Below, piece after piece: positions 56,001 to 63,539 of a DNA stretch of 64,000 bases (within the stretch, counting starts at the first letter, position 1; every line of letters begins with the position of its first letter). Both the position numbers and the translations under genes were made by a program. Source of the stretch: Torpedo marmorata (taxonomy: Eukaryota); assembly GCA_977017645.1 (NCBI GenBank), contig OZ360242.1, positions 28,582,001-28,646,000 of the forward strand. The letters are read 5' to 3'. The notes beneath the pieces are model-generated. The model ran no database searches and was not told where the DNA came from. It saw only the letters and a list, made by a program, of their open reading frames with translations.

Positions 56001-59000
56001 TGGTGATGCTGTTGAAAATCTTCTGAACATCATCAGCATTACGCAATGTTCCATTCTTACCAGCAAAATCGCCCAGTTGGGAAGGTGTCAATAATTCCGC
56101 TGCATCAAGCTGTTGAAACAATATTATAACTTCACCCTCTGCTAAGATCAATGCTCACAGAAATGCAAGTACAAACTGTTCTGTACTTATTTACATTTCA
56201 TGTTATCTTCTACCCATTTGGAATCAGTTGTTTTTAACTGCAAGAATCATTTAGGTAGAAAATTCATTTTGGACCAAAGTTCACTGAGAACAAATCAATG
56301 AAAAATTAACCAATGAGAGAATGAAGGAACTCAGCAGGTCAAGCAACATCCGTGGAGAGAAATAGTCAGTTGATGGTCAGGACCCTTTATGAAAGATGAA
56401 AATGAGCCATAGAGCAAAATGGGATGGTAATTATACACAAACTGTTTACAAATACCTTCCTGGACAAACTTTGAAACAAATGAATTAACTGAAGCTTCTA
56501 TTTAAAATAATACTCTTAATGTCAAGTTTCAATTTATTTTCCATCCACTCTCTGGTTTTTGCTAAATATGTCCAAATCAACATGGGCAAACTGTCTTATT
56601 ATTGAGGAAATCCAATTCATTTGGTGATATTTGGTGCACAGGAAGCAGTTTAGTTAACGTAACATTGAGACAGTTCACAAAGCACGAGCAGTATCCATAT
56701 GTAACTGTATCTCTGATTTAAAGTCAAATTTAAGACTCCAAAAAATAAATGCATCACAGGAATATAACAAAACACTAAAAATTTGGCATGGGGACACAGT
56801 GAGGTATGAGAGAGATCAATAAAGGTTCAGCTGAAGAAGTAAATGTCTTGACAGAAAAAAGCCAGATACACACATGTAGAAATTCATGAAGGTAATGCCA
56901 GTGCTTTGTGCCTTGACAGATGAAGGCAAGGCACAACTATGAATGATCCAGCAGTTCCATTAAGGAAAATCCAGCGACAGTGGCCACCTCAGAGAGCTCC
57001 ATGTGGAAGAAGGGAGGGACAAGACCATGGAGTTTGAACAAAAAGAACAATAATTCTGGGATCGAGCCAGTTCAGAAGAGCAAGCACAGGACTGACATGA
57101 ATTTAACAAGATTGATGATGTAGCGTGGATAAACAAGTTTACAAAAGTAGAATGAGGAAAGCCAGTGTACTGAAACAGCTGTCTGGAGTTAACAGAGGCA
57201 AGGAGGTGAGGCAAGGCTGGAAATGGGTGGTGTTATGAAGGTGGAAATGAGCGGTCTCAGTGCTGGCATGAGTATGAAGTTTAAAACTCAACGTGCGATC
57301 AAATGTGACAGGAAGATTGCAAACAATCTGGTTTGGTTTCAGGTGGTTTCCAGGAAGAGGGATCAAATTAATAACTGAGGAATGGAGGTTGAAATTAGCA
57401 TCAGAGAGGAAGGAGATAAGTTAAGCAAACTTTTGCTTGCTCACTCCAAGATGTCAGACAATAAGATGCAAAATCAAGAGAGGTCATGGTGAACTAGTCA
57501 GTTTGCACATTGAAAGAAAAATTGCACGTACAAATGTTGTTGCCAACGCCCCAAATAGATGAAAAAACAAGTTACAAGAGAATAAACATTTGGACACCAG
57601 AAATAACAGCTGGAAGAGAAGTTAGTCTCTCGCCATAATAAGAATGGAACCAGACAAGTGGTGTCCAGAGTAGAGGTGATGAAAGAACATGAAGCCGTTA
57701 ACCACATTACATGGTCCAGACAGGTTGAGATAGGCAAGGAGGGGTACGCTACCTTTCCCCACAATCACATGGAGTGTTCCCTGGTATGGCAGGAAGGGCA
57801 TAAACGTAACTGGAAAGATTGTAATTTGTTCCTTTACTCAGAGATTGAAGGGCTTTTGGACAATTGATTGGTATATGTTTTATAAATCAGCATTCAATCT
57901 TTTGAAGCAGAGAAACGTCGTAACAAAATTGTGTAAAATGTATTTAAAGTTGGGTTTTGATTGAAGATGATGAATCAAACACCAACACAAAAGGTATAAA
58001 AATAATGGAGTATTTATATGTAATTTTTCTCTACATTAAAGGACAGACCAACACATTTTATCTTATTACATCAAACTCTGGTCAGAAATATTGTATTTTC
58101 ACCATTTTAGAAGGCCTGGACCAATTCTATAACTTACTGGGTTGAAGTCTGGATTCCTCCTGGTTAACATCTCTATCTGAACAAGGGCACTGAACATTCC
58201 CCAGTTCTTCAAAAGCCAATCTCTGGATCCATTAGTATTCCTGATACAACCAGAACCTAGAGGTAAAGGAGATTGCAGATTAGCCATCAATGGCATTTAC
58301 CAGGAATAGTTCACAGCATCAAACTATTTTTATTCTGGAATACTGAGATCAGAAGATGTTTCAATGTTTTGAGGTTACATGATTGAATTTCTCAGCCTTT
58401 TAACTTTCAATCCAAATTATTCTTAGTTCAATACATTAAGACTTTAATCCAGAACTTCTGTCGCTCTCATTTCAGTGGATGTAAATCTATTTTTTCCCCC
58501 TAAAGCCTTTGTAGCTTACCTGTGGTATCAAGGTAATGAAGGATCCATATGTTTAGCACAGTCTCTCTTGTCTCCTGTTGCATCTCTCTGAATCCATTAC
58601 TCAGACCTTTTACACTAAGTAGATAAATAGTAACAAAATTATTCATCTGACTTCTAATCAATGGTATTGTTTCATCTGCTGGAGAACAAGTGAGGGAATC
58701 TTCATTCAACATGCCTAGCAATCAGCTCCTGTGTACAAGACATAAAATTGATCTAAACTTTTCTCCCATTTTGATGAATGGTTCACAAAGATAAATCCAC
58801 CATCAACAGTGATGCCCCTTGAGAATTGAAATCTATATAGCAGTATTCAGTGGCCTCTTTATTGGGTGCCTCTCTTCCATTTAGCTTTTCCAAGATCAAT
58901 AGGAATACATCTAATGCAATACTCAAACATACATTACGAATCTGGTTCCAATTTAGGAAATATTTTAATTTAAAAAACTTTGTCTTATCTAGTGCTATCT

Positions 59001-62000
59001 CTCATAACTATTTTTTTCGACCATCAATAAATGATCAATTTTTCTCTATATGGAACATCAAAGGTATTGTTTCTTTTGCAAATTTATTTAAGGAAGGTTG
59101 TTTAATGTCTTTTGAACAGCTTGCAAGTAAATATGACTTACCAAATACTCATTTTTTAAAGATATTTACAGATTAGAAATTTTTTAAATATCATATTACG
59201 GGATTTTCCATTTATATATCCACCAGATTTAGTTGATAATATTTTTCAATTGAATCCTTCTTAGAAAGGATTAATTGGAATTATATATGATAGATTATTA
59301 AAATTACGTCCAGTACTCCATGATAAGATTAAAAAGGCTTGGGAACTGGAATCTATGGGACAAGATTTTTAAATTGGTAAATACATCTTCTATATGTGCC
59401 CGACATTCATTAATCCAATTCAAAGTGGTGCATCGTGTTCACATGTCCAAAGATAAATTGGCTAGTATTTTTTCTAATATTAACCCTATTTGTGACAGAT
59501 GCAAATCTGAAATTGCTACATTGACACATATGTTTTGGTCTTGTTCATCCTTAGAAAACTATTGGAAAGAAATTTTTAATATCTTTTCAACTATACTCCA
59601 GGTGGAGCTACGACCCAATCCAGTAACTGCTCTTTTCGGGGTTATTGACCCAGACATAGGAAGTTTTTCTGTACCTGTTCAACGGGTTGTGGCTTTCTCT
59701 ACATTGTTGGCTAGAAGAGCCATCCTATTCAAATGGAAAGACTGGACCTCCAACAGTGTTTCAATGGTTTTCTCATATTATGTCTTGTTTCAGCTTAGAA
59801 AAAATTAGATATCATGCACTTGATTCATCGGTGAAATTTGAAGATACGTGGCGACCTTTTATGTCTTATTTTCATATGATGTATGTGTTTCTAATGTGAT
59901 TAGATGTATTTACTCTTCCTTTGTTTTTTGATTTACGGTAGGAACCAAGTTACAAAATATATATAACTTTCAGGAAATGCTGCTCAGCTGTTTTATGTTA
60001 GTTGTTTTTTTTATTAGAGTAGGTTAGGTGTTTTTTTAAAAAATATATATATATAAAACACTTTTGATGTTTTTTTGTCATTGCCACCTATTGCAGTGGA
60101 GGGGGAATCTAATTTATACTGTTTGAAGTTTTATTTTAATATATATACATATGTGATATTGTATTTTCAATTTTGTTCCCTTTTCTTCATTGTATTGTAT
60201 TTCTTATAAAAATCAATAAAAATGATTGAAAAAGAAAAAGAATAGTGATGCCCCATTGATCTAGCATCAAATTGTGATGTGGAACTTTGTTGAGCCTGTA
60301 CAGGGCACTTCGTCTCCAGTCTGCTTCCTGATTTTATGCTTCTATGTTTTGATGCTGCCTTTCCAATTCAAACTGTAGAAGAGGATTATTCTGAAAGAGA
60401 ATCCTTCACTTACATTGCCTGGTAACCATCACAAGTAATGTTCCTTGTCCGCAAAGGTTTTAGCACGAACTGGGAAATGCCAGCAATGAATGTCCTGAAT
60501 CGCTCCTGGAACCACATTCTCAGGAAGGTGACGCTCGTTAGGTTTTCAAAGGTCTTCACAGTCTCCCAAAGTGCATTCATAAATGTGATCTTTGTCATCA
60601 GGGGAATTGATGATCGGTTTGGAAACTGAAAAAAAAAAAAGGATTGTGTTTAAACTCAGTAAACAAAGAGCTGTTTTGTCACCACAGATCTCAAACGTGA
60701 TCCTTCCCTTTATAAGAGAACTCAGTAAATTGTATAAAATGAAATTATGAAGGAAAATCAATGGCCGACACCTGTTACTGTTTATGTCTTCAGTGGAATC
60801 ATACAAGTGTAAGAAACAAAGCACATATTCAGCCAGTACATTGTATGATGGCTAATATTTTGTGATGAGTGAATGCCAAGCGTACGGCATTCAGTGACGG
60901 GTTGTTTTGGAATGGTACGGTGACCCATTCCAAAACTAATTCCCATATTGGTTCAAGAATAATTTGTTGGCTGAAATGTGCCTTGGGATGGGATGTTGTG
61001 AAGTTATTAAAGATCACTTTTCCCTTATTTTAGTTCCTGCCAAAGAAATGGCACATATTTAGTGGGTAATTTTTGCGCACTATTCAAGGCAAAAAAAAAC
61101 TCTCAATTGGATGGATAGTTAATTTATTTCCTGACCAATTTTGTTATGTCAATAGAAAGTGTGAAGTGATGCATGTTGGGAAGTTAAAACAGAGCACGAC
61201 ATACACAGTGAATGGCATGGCCCTGGGGATTGTTGTTAGAGACGCTTTGGGATATAAGTACATTATTCCTTGAAAGTGACAACACAGGGAGACAAGGTGA
61301 CGTAGAAAGTTTATGGCCTCCTTGCCTTCATTGACTGAGACATTAAATGTTGGGACATCATGCTCCAATTGTACAAAAAGTTTGTTAGGCTGCTCTTGGA
61401 GTATTGTGTCCGGTTCTGGTCACCACACTAAAGGTAAGATGTGATTAAGTTGGAGACGGTGCAAAAAGATTCACAAAGATGTCGCCTGGATTTAAAGGTT
61501 TGAGTTATCAGGATAGGCTAGGTCTGTTTTCGCTGGATTAAAGGAGGCCGAAAGGTGACTCGAGAGAGGTAAATAAAATTACGTGAGGCATAGATAGTCA
61601 GATTATGTTTCCCATGGAAGGTGTGTCAAAAAATAAGTAGTTACCTGGTTGTTGAATTTGTCGAGGGCCTCGGTCAGGGTGGTTCTGTTAAGTTTCCGAA
61701 CAAAAATGGTCAGTGCACTTTCATCTGACCTGTTCAAAGCTTTTGGACCAGTGAAACAATGAAACACATCTGCCAGGTCATCACTGCTTAAACTGGAGAC
61801 GAGTCGATCAGCCTGAAAAGAAATTCATATCAAAAGATATTTGTTAGCTTGAAGCACTCCATTATTTTGATGTAAAATATTGGCAAGTGTCTCAATTCTT
61901 TTAGCCATAAAAAAAAACAGCTGGAGAAACTTTGTGAGCCGTGCAGCATCCATGGGGGAAAGGATGTGTCGACGTTTTGGAACGATTTCCTGCATCAGCA

Positions 62001-63539
62001 CCTGATGCAGAGACTCATCCTGAAATATCAGTGATTTCTTTACCCCACAGATGCTGAGAACCCCCAGCAATTTTTTGCTTCACATTCCAACATGTGCAGC
62101 CTTACATCTTGACTCATTTCTTTGAATAATCTGTGTAAAATGTATTTATTACAACTGTTAAAATGACATCATAATACAGAAATGCCTAAACTTACGGTTT
62201 TGTGTGAAAGACTGACTGATGAGAAGCTTACCTCAGCACATGCATAGTCAGTAACGTTGAAGTTGCAGAGCTGACTCACATTAATATTGAGCAGGAAAGT
62301 CTTCAAAGCTGAACTACAGGGAGAAAAGGTGATCTATTCTTAGGAAAGATGTTACTGTGAGTAACAAATAGTCAAACAGATTCTTTCCGACCATTTATAT
62401 CTCACAATTTGAGGTTAATAATATGTGATTTAAGTATTCAATATTACTAAGTAATACACAACAAAATATTTTGAATATCTGCCATGTCAGGAGATATCAT
62501 TCACTGACGCATTGACAGAATCTGTGAAACTGCACAGAAAAGATGTATTGAATTCTTACCTGTCTATTGCTCTACACAATGTAGTTTCTGTATGAGGAAT
62601 TAAAAAGAAATAATTTTATTACATTGGAATTAAAATACTAGAACTAGTCAAGTTATAAAATAATGTAGAAAATACACTTACCATTAACTGTGGTATTACC
62701 AGGCTAAGGAATAGAAATAATAAGAACTTTAATGCCGAATCATCTTAAATTAACACACAATGGTGGTAACATTCAAATATTGTTGGAAGTATTGAGTAAT
62801 TATTTAATCAATTACTTTTCCTTAATCTACAACATTTAAAAAATATCGGCTATATAGATAAGAATTATAAAAATTAAACGCTGCAAAAACAAACAAGAAA
62901 GTATACTGAAAATTGACATTCGGAAAATATAGTGTTGAGATTTTCTTACTTTGTTGTCAATTTCAGGTTCTGTAAAAAAAAAAAAGAAGCACAACAATGT
63001 CAGAAGATGCTCGAGCTGGCATGTTATTAAACTTAATCAAATCACATCATTGTAATAAATTACACTCACAATTATGACTTAAATCAATATTGGAATCAAC
63101 ATTTGTTTTGATAAGATCATCTTGTCCCACAGTACAATCTGTTCACAACTGAATTTTGACCTGTACTGTTCCCTACAACTGTGGAATTTAGCCTGTTAAA
63201 GCATCCATTACCACCCTGAGGATAAAGGCACCAATCTTTCATCTAACATCAAATTGTGCAATGCACACAAAGTAGCAGCAGAGCCAAAACTCCAGAACTA
63301 TGAGTTATCAGCTGGAGACTATATTGAAGGATTTGAAGACAAAATTTGACTGATATTGAACACTTTGGCAAGAAATTACCTGATGAATTATTTGGAATAC
63401 CTCCTGTCAGGCCAAGTTTGCTCACTTCAGACTCACTGTGTGAGGCCACCCAAACCCTGACTACAGTTTCATTCTCTCCACTTTGCAAAGCGCGAAGGTG
63501 ATATCCAAGCAAATTGATTAGAGTTTCAGCACTCAGTTT
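1934..63539 (-). CDS. Giant multi-unit mesothelin-like (mesothelin/otoancorin/stereocilin family) gene, partial; 48 exons in window, open at both ends
   Basis: Manually spliced GT-AG exon chain with matching phases and no in-frame stop. Exons B26-B34 read like mesothelin: [13 protein letters not shown]|FPSSWS; [19 protein letters not shown]; [17 protein letters not shown]; [22 protein letters not shown]; LGLTGGIPN. Units are named A (right edge), B (complete) and C (left). Confidence 0.88.
3578..3705 (-). CDS. Exon C12
   Basis: 128 nt, phase 1->0, [43 protein letters not shown]; same length and phases as B12. Confidence 0.86.
3780..3990. mobile_element. Penelope-like pseudo-LTR hairpin with hammerhead-like core
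   Basis: ~75-bp inverted arms (ctggagaaactcagcaggtcaaacagc...gctgtttgacctgctgaatttctctag) around TTGATGAA-GGGC-TCAA-GCCC-GAAAC. Confidence 0.65.
4084..4270 (-). mobile_element. V-SINE (HE1-like), 5'-truncated; counterpart at ~53849-54035
   Basis: Reverse complement of the V-domain motif (gggaggaaaccgga...cacggggagaa) and a 3' A-tail. Confidence 0.75.
4564..4649 (-). CDS. Exon C11
   Basis: 86 nt, phase 2->1, [29 protein letters not shown]. Confidence 0.85.
5436..5638 (-). CDS. Exon C10
   Basis: 203 nt, phase 0->2, [14 protein letters not shown]...NCEGLRI. Confidence 0.88.
5996..6154 (-). CDS. Exon C9
   Basis: 159 nt, phase 0->0, [12 protein letters not shown]...FNTASRK. Confidence 0.88.
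6527..8685 (-). mobile_element. L1 LINE, 5'-truncated, young
   Basis: Uninterrupted ORF2 3' half (QGCPLSP, FADD, YLG, CxxC..HxxxxC), poly(A) tail, TSD ttcctgaacaaacttt at 6511-6526 and 8686-8701. Confidence 0.95.
8870..9291. mobile_element. Tc1/mariner (Tigger/pogo-like) transposon end
   Basis: Terminal cgtaagtcgaggactacctg (reverse complement CAGGTAGTCCTCGACTTACG) with subterminal (c/g)ttacgacca repeats; only one TIR found. Confidence 0.6.
10405..10523 (-). CDS. Exon C8
   Basis: 119 nt, phase 1->0, same peptide as B8. Confidence 0.88.
10789..10883 (-). CDS. Exon C7
   Basis: 95 nt, phase 2->1, IVKGLSNGF...[13 protein letters not shown]. Confidence 0.87.
11245..11456 (-). CDS. Exon C6
   Basis: 212 nt, phase 0->2, same peptide as B6. 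Confidence 0.88.
11960..12440 (+). mobile_element. Degenerate CR1 LINE 3' fragment; counterpart at ~61150-61630
   Basis: Remnants of KCEVMH.G, LEYCV.FW and VQKRFT.M.PG motifs. Confidence 0.75.
12454..12621 (-). CDS. Exon C5
   Basis: 168 nt, phase 0->0, same peptide as B5. Confidence 0.87.
12720..12920. mobile_element. Penelope-like pseudo-LTR hairpin; counterpart at ~61910-62110
   Basis: ctggagaaact...gcagcatc arm and inverted cctgcatcag/ctgatgcag centre with degenerate CTGATG..GAAA cores. Confidence 0.55.
13041..13122 (-). CDS. Exon C4
   Basis: 82 nt, phase 2->0, same peptide as B4. Confidence 0.85.
13369..13396 (-). CDS. Microexon C3
   Basis: 28 nt, phase 1->2, ETTLCRAID. Confidence 0.75.
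13491..13512 (-). CDS. Microexon C2
   Basis: 22 nt, phase 0->1, PGNITVN. Confidence 0.75.
13760..13779 (-). CDS. Microexon C1
   Basis: 20 nt, phase 1->0, EPEIDNK. Confidence 0.75.
14189..14348 (-). CDS. Exon B34
   Basis: 160 nt, phase 0->1, [12 protein letters not shown]...[14 protein letters not shown]. Confidence 0.88.
14500..15095 (+). mobile_element. Unclassified interspersed element containing a 41-42-bp tandem repeat x3 (14629-14750)
   Basis: GC-rich body with repeated ccacac/taggctgtgggctgctgg; ends gacaataat..aactttgaacctt like a non-LTR tail; counterpart from ~63690. Confidence 0.5.
15519..15613 (-). CDS. Exon B33
   Basis: 95 nt, phase 1->0, [32 protein letters not shown]. Confidence 0.9.
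16356..16489 (-). CDS. Exon B32
   Basis: 134 nt, phase 2->1, [23 protein letters not shown]...YFQLIKSYV. Confidence 0.9.
16920..17620 (-). mobile_element. Penelope-like element 3' remnant
   Basis: Minus strand encodes [13 protein letters not shown] (end of GIY-YIG ORF), followed by a pyrimidine-rich UTR and pseudo-LTR. Confidence 0.7.
17891..18018 (-). CDS. Exon B31
   Basis: 128 nt, phase 0->2, [42 protein letters not shown]. Confidence 0.89.
18378..18524 (-). CDS. Exon B30
   Basis: 147 nt, phase 0->0, [18 protein letters not shown]...[14 protein letters not shown]...NIT. Confidence 0.9.
19152..19345 (+). mobile_element. V-SINE, internally deleted
   Basis: ggagtttgtacgtt...ctgcgtgtgtttcctctggtgccccagtttcctccca V-domain. 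Confidence 0.75.
20165..20805 (+). mobile_element. Penelope-like element, GIY-YIG C-terminal remnant with inverted 5' pseudo-LTR
   Basis: [38 protein letters not shown]; terminal inverted ggagaaactcagcagg...cctgctgagtttctcc; hammerhead-like core at 20714-20740. Confidence 0.8.
20829..21007 (-). CDS. Exon B29
   Basis: 179 nt, phase 1->0, [11 protein letters not shown]...QLDLCLSD...[11 protein letters not shown]. Confidence 0.9.
21609..21860. repeat. ~250-bp direct repeat, copy 1 (copy 2 at 25805-26059), flanking the L1
   Basis: aagtagaaa..gatttcaggaatatt...aaataaattc on both sides of the L1, with a few substitutions and indels. Confidence 0.93.
21861..25804 (+). mobile_element. L1 LINE, 5'-truncated, frameshifted ORF2 (APE endonuclease, RT, CCHC)
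   Basis: NIYAPN, GGDFN, SRIDLF, SDH, DAEKAF, QGCPLSP, FADD, CFRC..HSTWLC; A-rich tail near 25790-25804. Confidence 0.95.
26572..26692 (-). CDS. Exon B28
   Basis: 121 nt, phase 0->1, [40 protein letters not shown]. Confidence 0.8.
27237..27324 (-). CDS. Exon B27
   Basis: 88 nt, phase 2->0, [30 protein letters not shown]. Confidence 0.88.
27968..28161 (-). CDS. Exon B26
   Basis: 194 nt, phase 0->2, [25 protein letters not shown]...LKKC...SGASKY. Confidence 0.9.
28552..28681 (-). CDS. Exon B25
   Basis: 130 nt, phase 2->0, [26 protein letters not shown]...AKTCL. Confidence 0.89.
28844..29062. mobile_element. Tc1/mariner-type MITE
   Basis: TIRs cagtaaaacccctggtatc / gataactggggttttaatg with TA on both sides. 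Confidence 0.8.
29529..29611 (-). CDS. Exon B24
   Basis: 83 nt, phase 0->2, [27 protein letters not shown] (cf. mesothelin LRCLAHRL..LDALPLDLLLF). Confidence 0.87.
30035..30155 (-). CDS. Exon B23
   Basis: 121 nt, phase 2->0, [16 protein letters not shown]...VALDESQ. Confidence 0.89.
30352..33313 (-). mobile_element. Gypsy LTR retrotransposon 1, internally deleted (gag, protease, partial integrase; RT and most of RNase H missing)
   Basis: LTRs 33136-33313 and 30352-30526; PBS tggtaccaggagtgg; PPT ggaaagggga; FKLDTGA protease; HEGHLG..C..C and DLF/SDNG integrase motifs. Confidence 0.93.
33560..33745. mobile_element. Penelope-like pseudo-LTR fragments
   Basis: actcagcaggcc... and cttgaaaagagttcaggcccgaaatgtc...acctgctgagtttctccag. 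Confidence 0.55.
34024..34070 (-). CDS. Exon B22
   Basis: 47 nt, phase 0->2, [15 protein letters not shown]; ttccacag acceptor, gtgagc donor. Confidence 0.8.
34180..34375. mobile_element. Penelope-like pseudo-LTR hairpin
   Basis: tcagcaggtcagacagcatcc...ggatgctgtctgacctgctga inverted arms; minus-strand TTGATAAA-GGGT-TTCC-ACTC-GAAAC. Confidence 0.6.
34580..34717 (-). CDS. Exon B21
   Basis: 138 nt, phase 0->0, [17 protein letters not shown]...NNKEWTPSQ. Confidence 0.87.
34835..35005 (-). CDS. Exon B20
   Basis: 171 nt, phase 0->0, [19 protein letters not shown]...ICVLQ; AAG acceptor. Confidence 0.85.
35680..35892 (-). CDS. Exon B19
   Basis: 213 nt, phase 0->0, [10 protein letters not shown]...[13 protein letters not shown]...EGWNVGQA...SGYQ. 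Confidence 0.9.
35995..36172 (-). CDS. Exon B18
   Basis: 178 nt, phase 2->0, [16 protein letters not shown]...PTDEQLK. Confidence 0.86.
36456..36709 (+). mobile_element. V-SINE (HE1-like), full length
   Basis: tRNA-like head with B box gttcgaatcc, V-domain, 3' tail ggcctgataccgtgctgtat followed by an A run. Confidence 0.88.
36900..38228 (-). mobile_element. Rex1/Babar-clade LINE, 5'-truncated, RT nearly intact
   Basis: 385-aa ORF: [52 protein letters not shown]. Confidence 0.9.
38433..38687 (-). mobile_element. V-SINE (HE1-like), full length
   Basis: Reverse-complement homologue of 36456-36709. Confidence 0.88.
38912..40712 (-). mobile_element. CR1 LINE, 5'-truncated, frameshifted RT
   Basis: [59 protein letters not shown]. 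Confidence 0.93.
40813..40937 (-). CDS. Exon B17
   Basis: 125 nt, phase 0->2, [19 protein letters not shown]...NPNFNAS. Confidence 0.85.
41264..41491. mobile_element. hAT-like MITE (degenerate)
   Basis: Imperfect TIRs cagccattctcaa / tttaaaatggttg, internal gggggcca repeats, 5/8 match between 8-bp flanks. Confidence 0.45.
41986..42119 (-). CDS. Exon B16
   Basis: 134 nt, phase 1->0, [28 protein letters not shown]...NEAL. Confidence 0.87.
43115..43203 (-). CDS. Exon B15
   Basis: 89 nt, phase 2->1, [30 protein letters not shown]; weak donor gtggag. Confidence 0.78.
44040..44285 (+). mobile_element. CR1 3' fragment
   Basis: acagagagagtggtgggtgcctggaatgcattgcca (..[10 protein letters not shown]) and CR1-type tail. 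Confidence 0.65.
44457..44644 (-). CDS. Exon B14
   Basis: 188 nt, phase 0->2, [15 protein letters not shown]...[14 protein letters not shown]...PCLPYRR. Confidence 0.8.
45040..45520 (-). mobile_element. CR1 LINE 3' end
   Basis: [30 protein letters not shown] end and tandem ctattg tail. Confidence 0.88.
45736..45891 (-). CDS. Exon B13
   Basis: 156 nt, phase 0->0, [22 protein letters not shown]...FANATRD. Confidence 0.88.
46877..52110 (+). mobile_element. Gypsy LTR retrotransposon 2 (gag, protease, RT; RNase H and integrase deleted), 3' LTR interrupted by L1
   Basis: 5' LTR 46877-47054 (TG..CA); PBS 47055-47072; PPT 49389-49398; 3' LTR 49399-49533 plus 52068-52110; 5-bp TSD AGGAC; YIDD RT motif. 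Confidence 0.95.
49534..52051 (+). mobile_element. L1 LINE with inverted 5' segment (49534-~50216 minus; ~50217-52051 plus)
   Basis: 16-bp TSD aaagtatagttgttat at 49518-49533 and 52052-52067; minus ORF2 piece [14 protein letters not shown]; plus piece INSDKSE..WSPY. Confidence 0.93.
53257..53384 (-). CDS. Exon B12
   Basis: 128 nt, phase 1->0, [43 protein letters not shown]. Confidence 0.87.
54334..54419 (-). CDS. Exon B11
   Basis: 86 nt, phase 2->1, [29 protein letters not shown]. Confidence 0.85.
54766..55000 (-). mobile_element. Solo LTR (235 bp)
   Basis: TG...CA ends, 5-bp TSD CTGTC, empty site at 5040-5044 in the other repeat copy; AATAAA on minus strand. Confidence 0.88.
55382..55584 (-). 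CDS. Exon B10
   Basis: 203 nt, phase 0->2, [14 protein letters not shown]...[14 protein letters not shown]...NCEGLQI. Confidence 0.88.
55951..56109 (-). CDS. Exon B9
   Basis: 159 nt, phase 0->0, [22 protein letters not shown]...FNIASRK. Confidence 0.88.
56930..57480 (-). mobile_element. Ancient L2-like LINE fragment (partial counterpart ~9525-9760)
   Basis: [26 protein letters not shown] resembles the L2 RT C-terminus; highly decayed. Confidence 0.45.
58138..58256 (-). CDS. Exon B8
   Basis: 119 nt, phase 1->0, [40 protein letters not shown]. Confidence 0.88.
58520..58614 (-). CDS. Exon B7
   Basis: 95 nt, phase 2->1, [32 protein letters not shown]. Confidence 0.87.
58819..60240 (+). mobile_element. 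L1 LINE 3' fragment, different subfamily, degenerate
   Basis: [18 protein letters not shown] zinc knuckle, A-rich tail, TSD aa(c/t)agtgatgcccc at 58805-58818 and 60241-60254; empty site near 11072-11085. Confidence 0.92.
60414..60625 (-). CDS. Exon B6
   Basis: 212 nt, phase 0->2, [12 protein letters not shown]...[11 protein letters not shown]...NITCDGYQA. Confidence 0.88.
61645..61812 (-). CDS. Exon B5
   Basis: 168 nt, phase 0->0, [24 protein letters not shown]...ALDKFNNQ. Confidence 0.87.
62232..62313 (-). CDS. Exon B4
   Basis: 82 nt, phase 2->0, [28 protein letters not shown]. Confidence 0.85.
62560..62587 (-). CDS. Microexon B3
   Basis: 28 nt, phase 1->2, ETTLCRAID; catacag acceptor, gtaaga donor. 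Confidence 0.75.
62682..62703 (-). CDS. Microexon B2
   Basis: 22 nt, phase 0->1, PGNTTVN; ttccttag acceptor, gtaagt donor. Confidence 0.75.
62950..62969 (-). CDS. Microexon B1
   Basis: 20 nt, phase 1->0, EPEIDNK; poly-T+acag acceptor, gtaaga donor. Confidence 0.75.
63380..63539 (-). CDS. Exon A34 (last exon of previous unit)
   Basis: 160 nt, phase 0->1, [53 protein letters not shown]; ttttcag acceptor, gtaatt donor. Confidence 0.88.
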
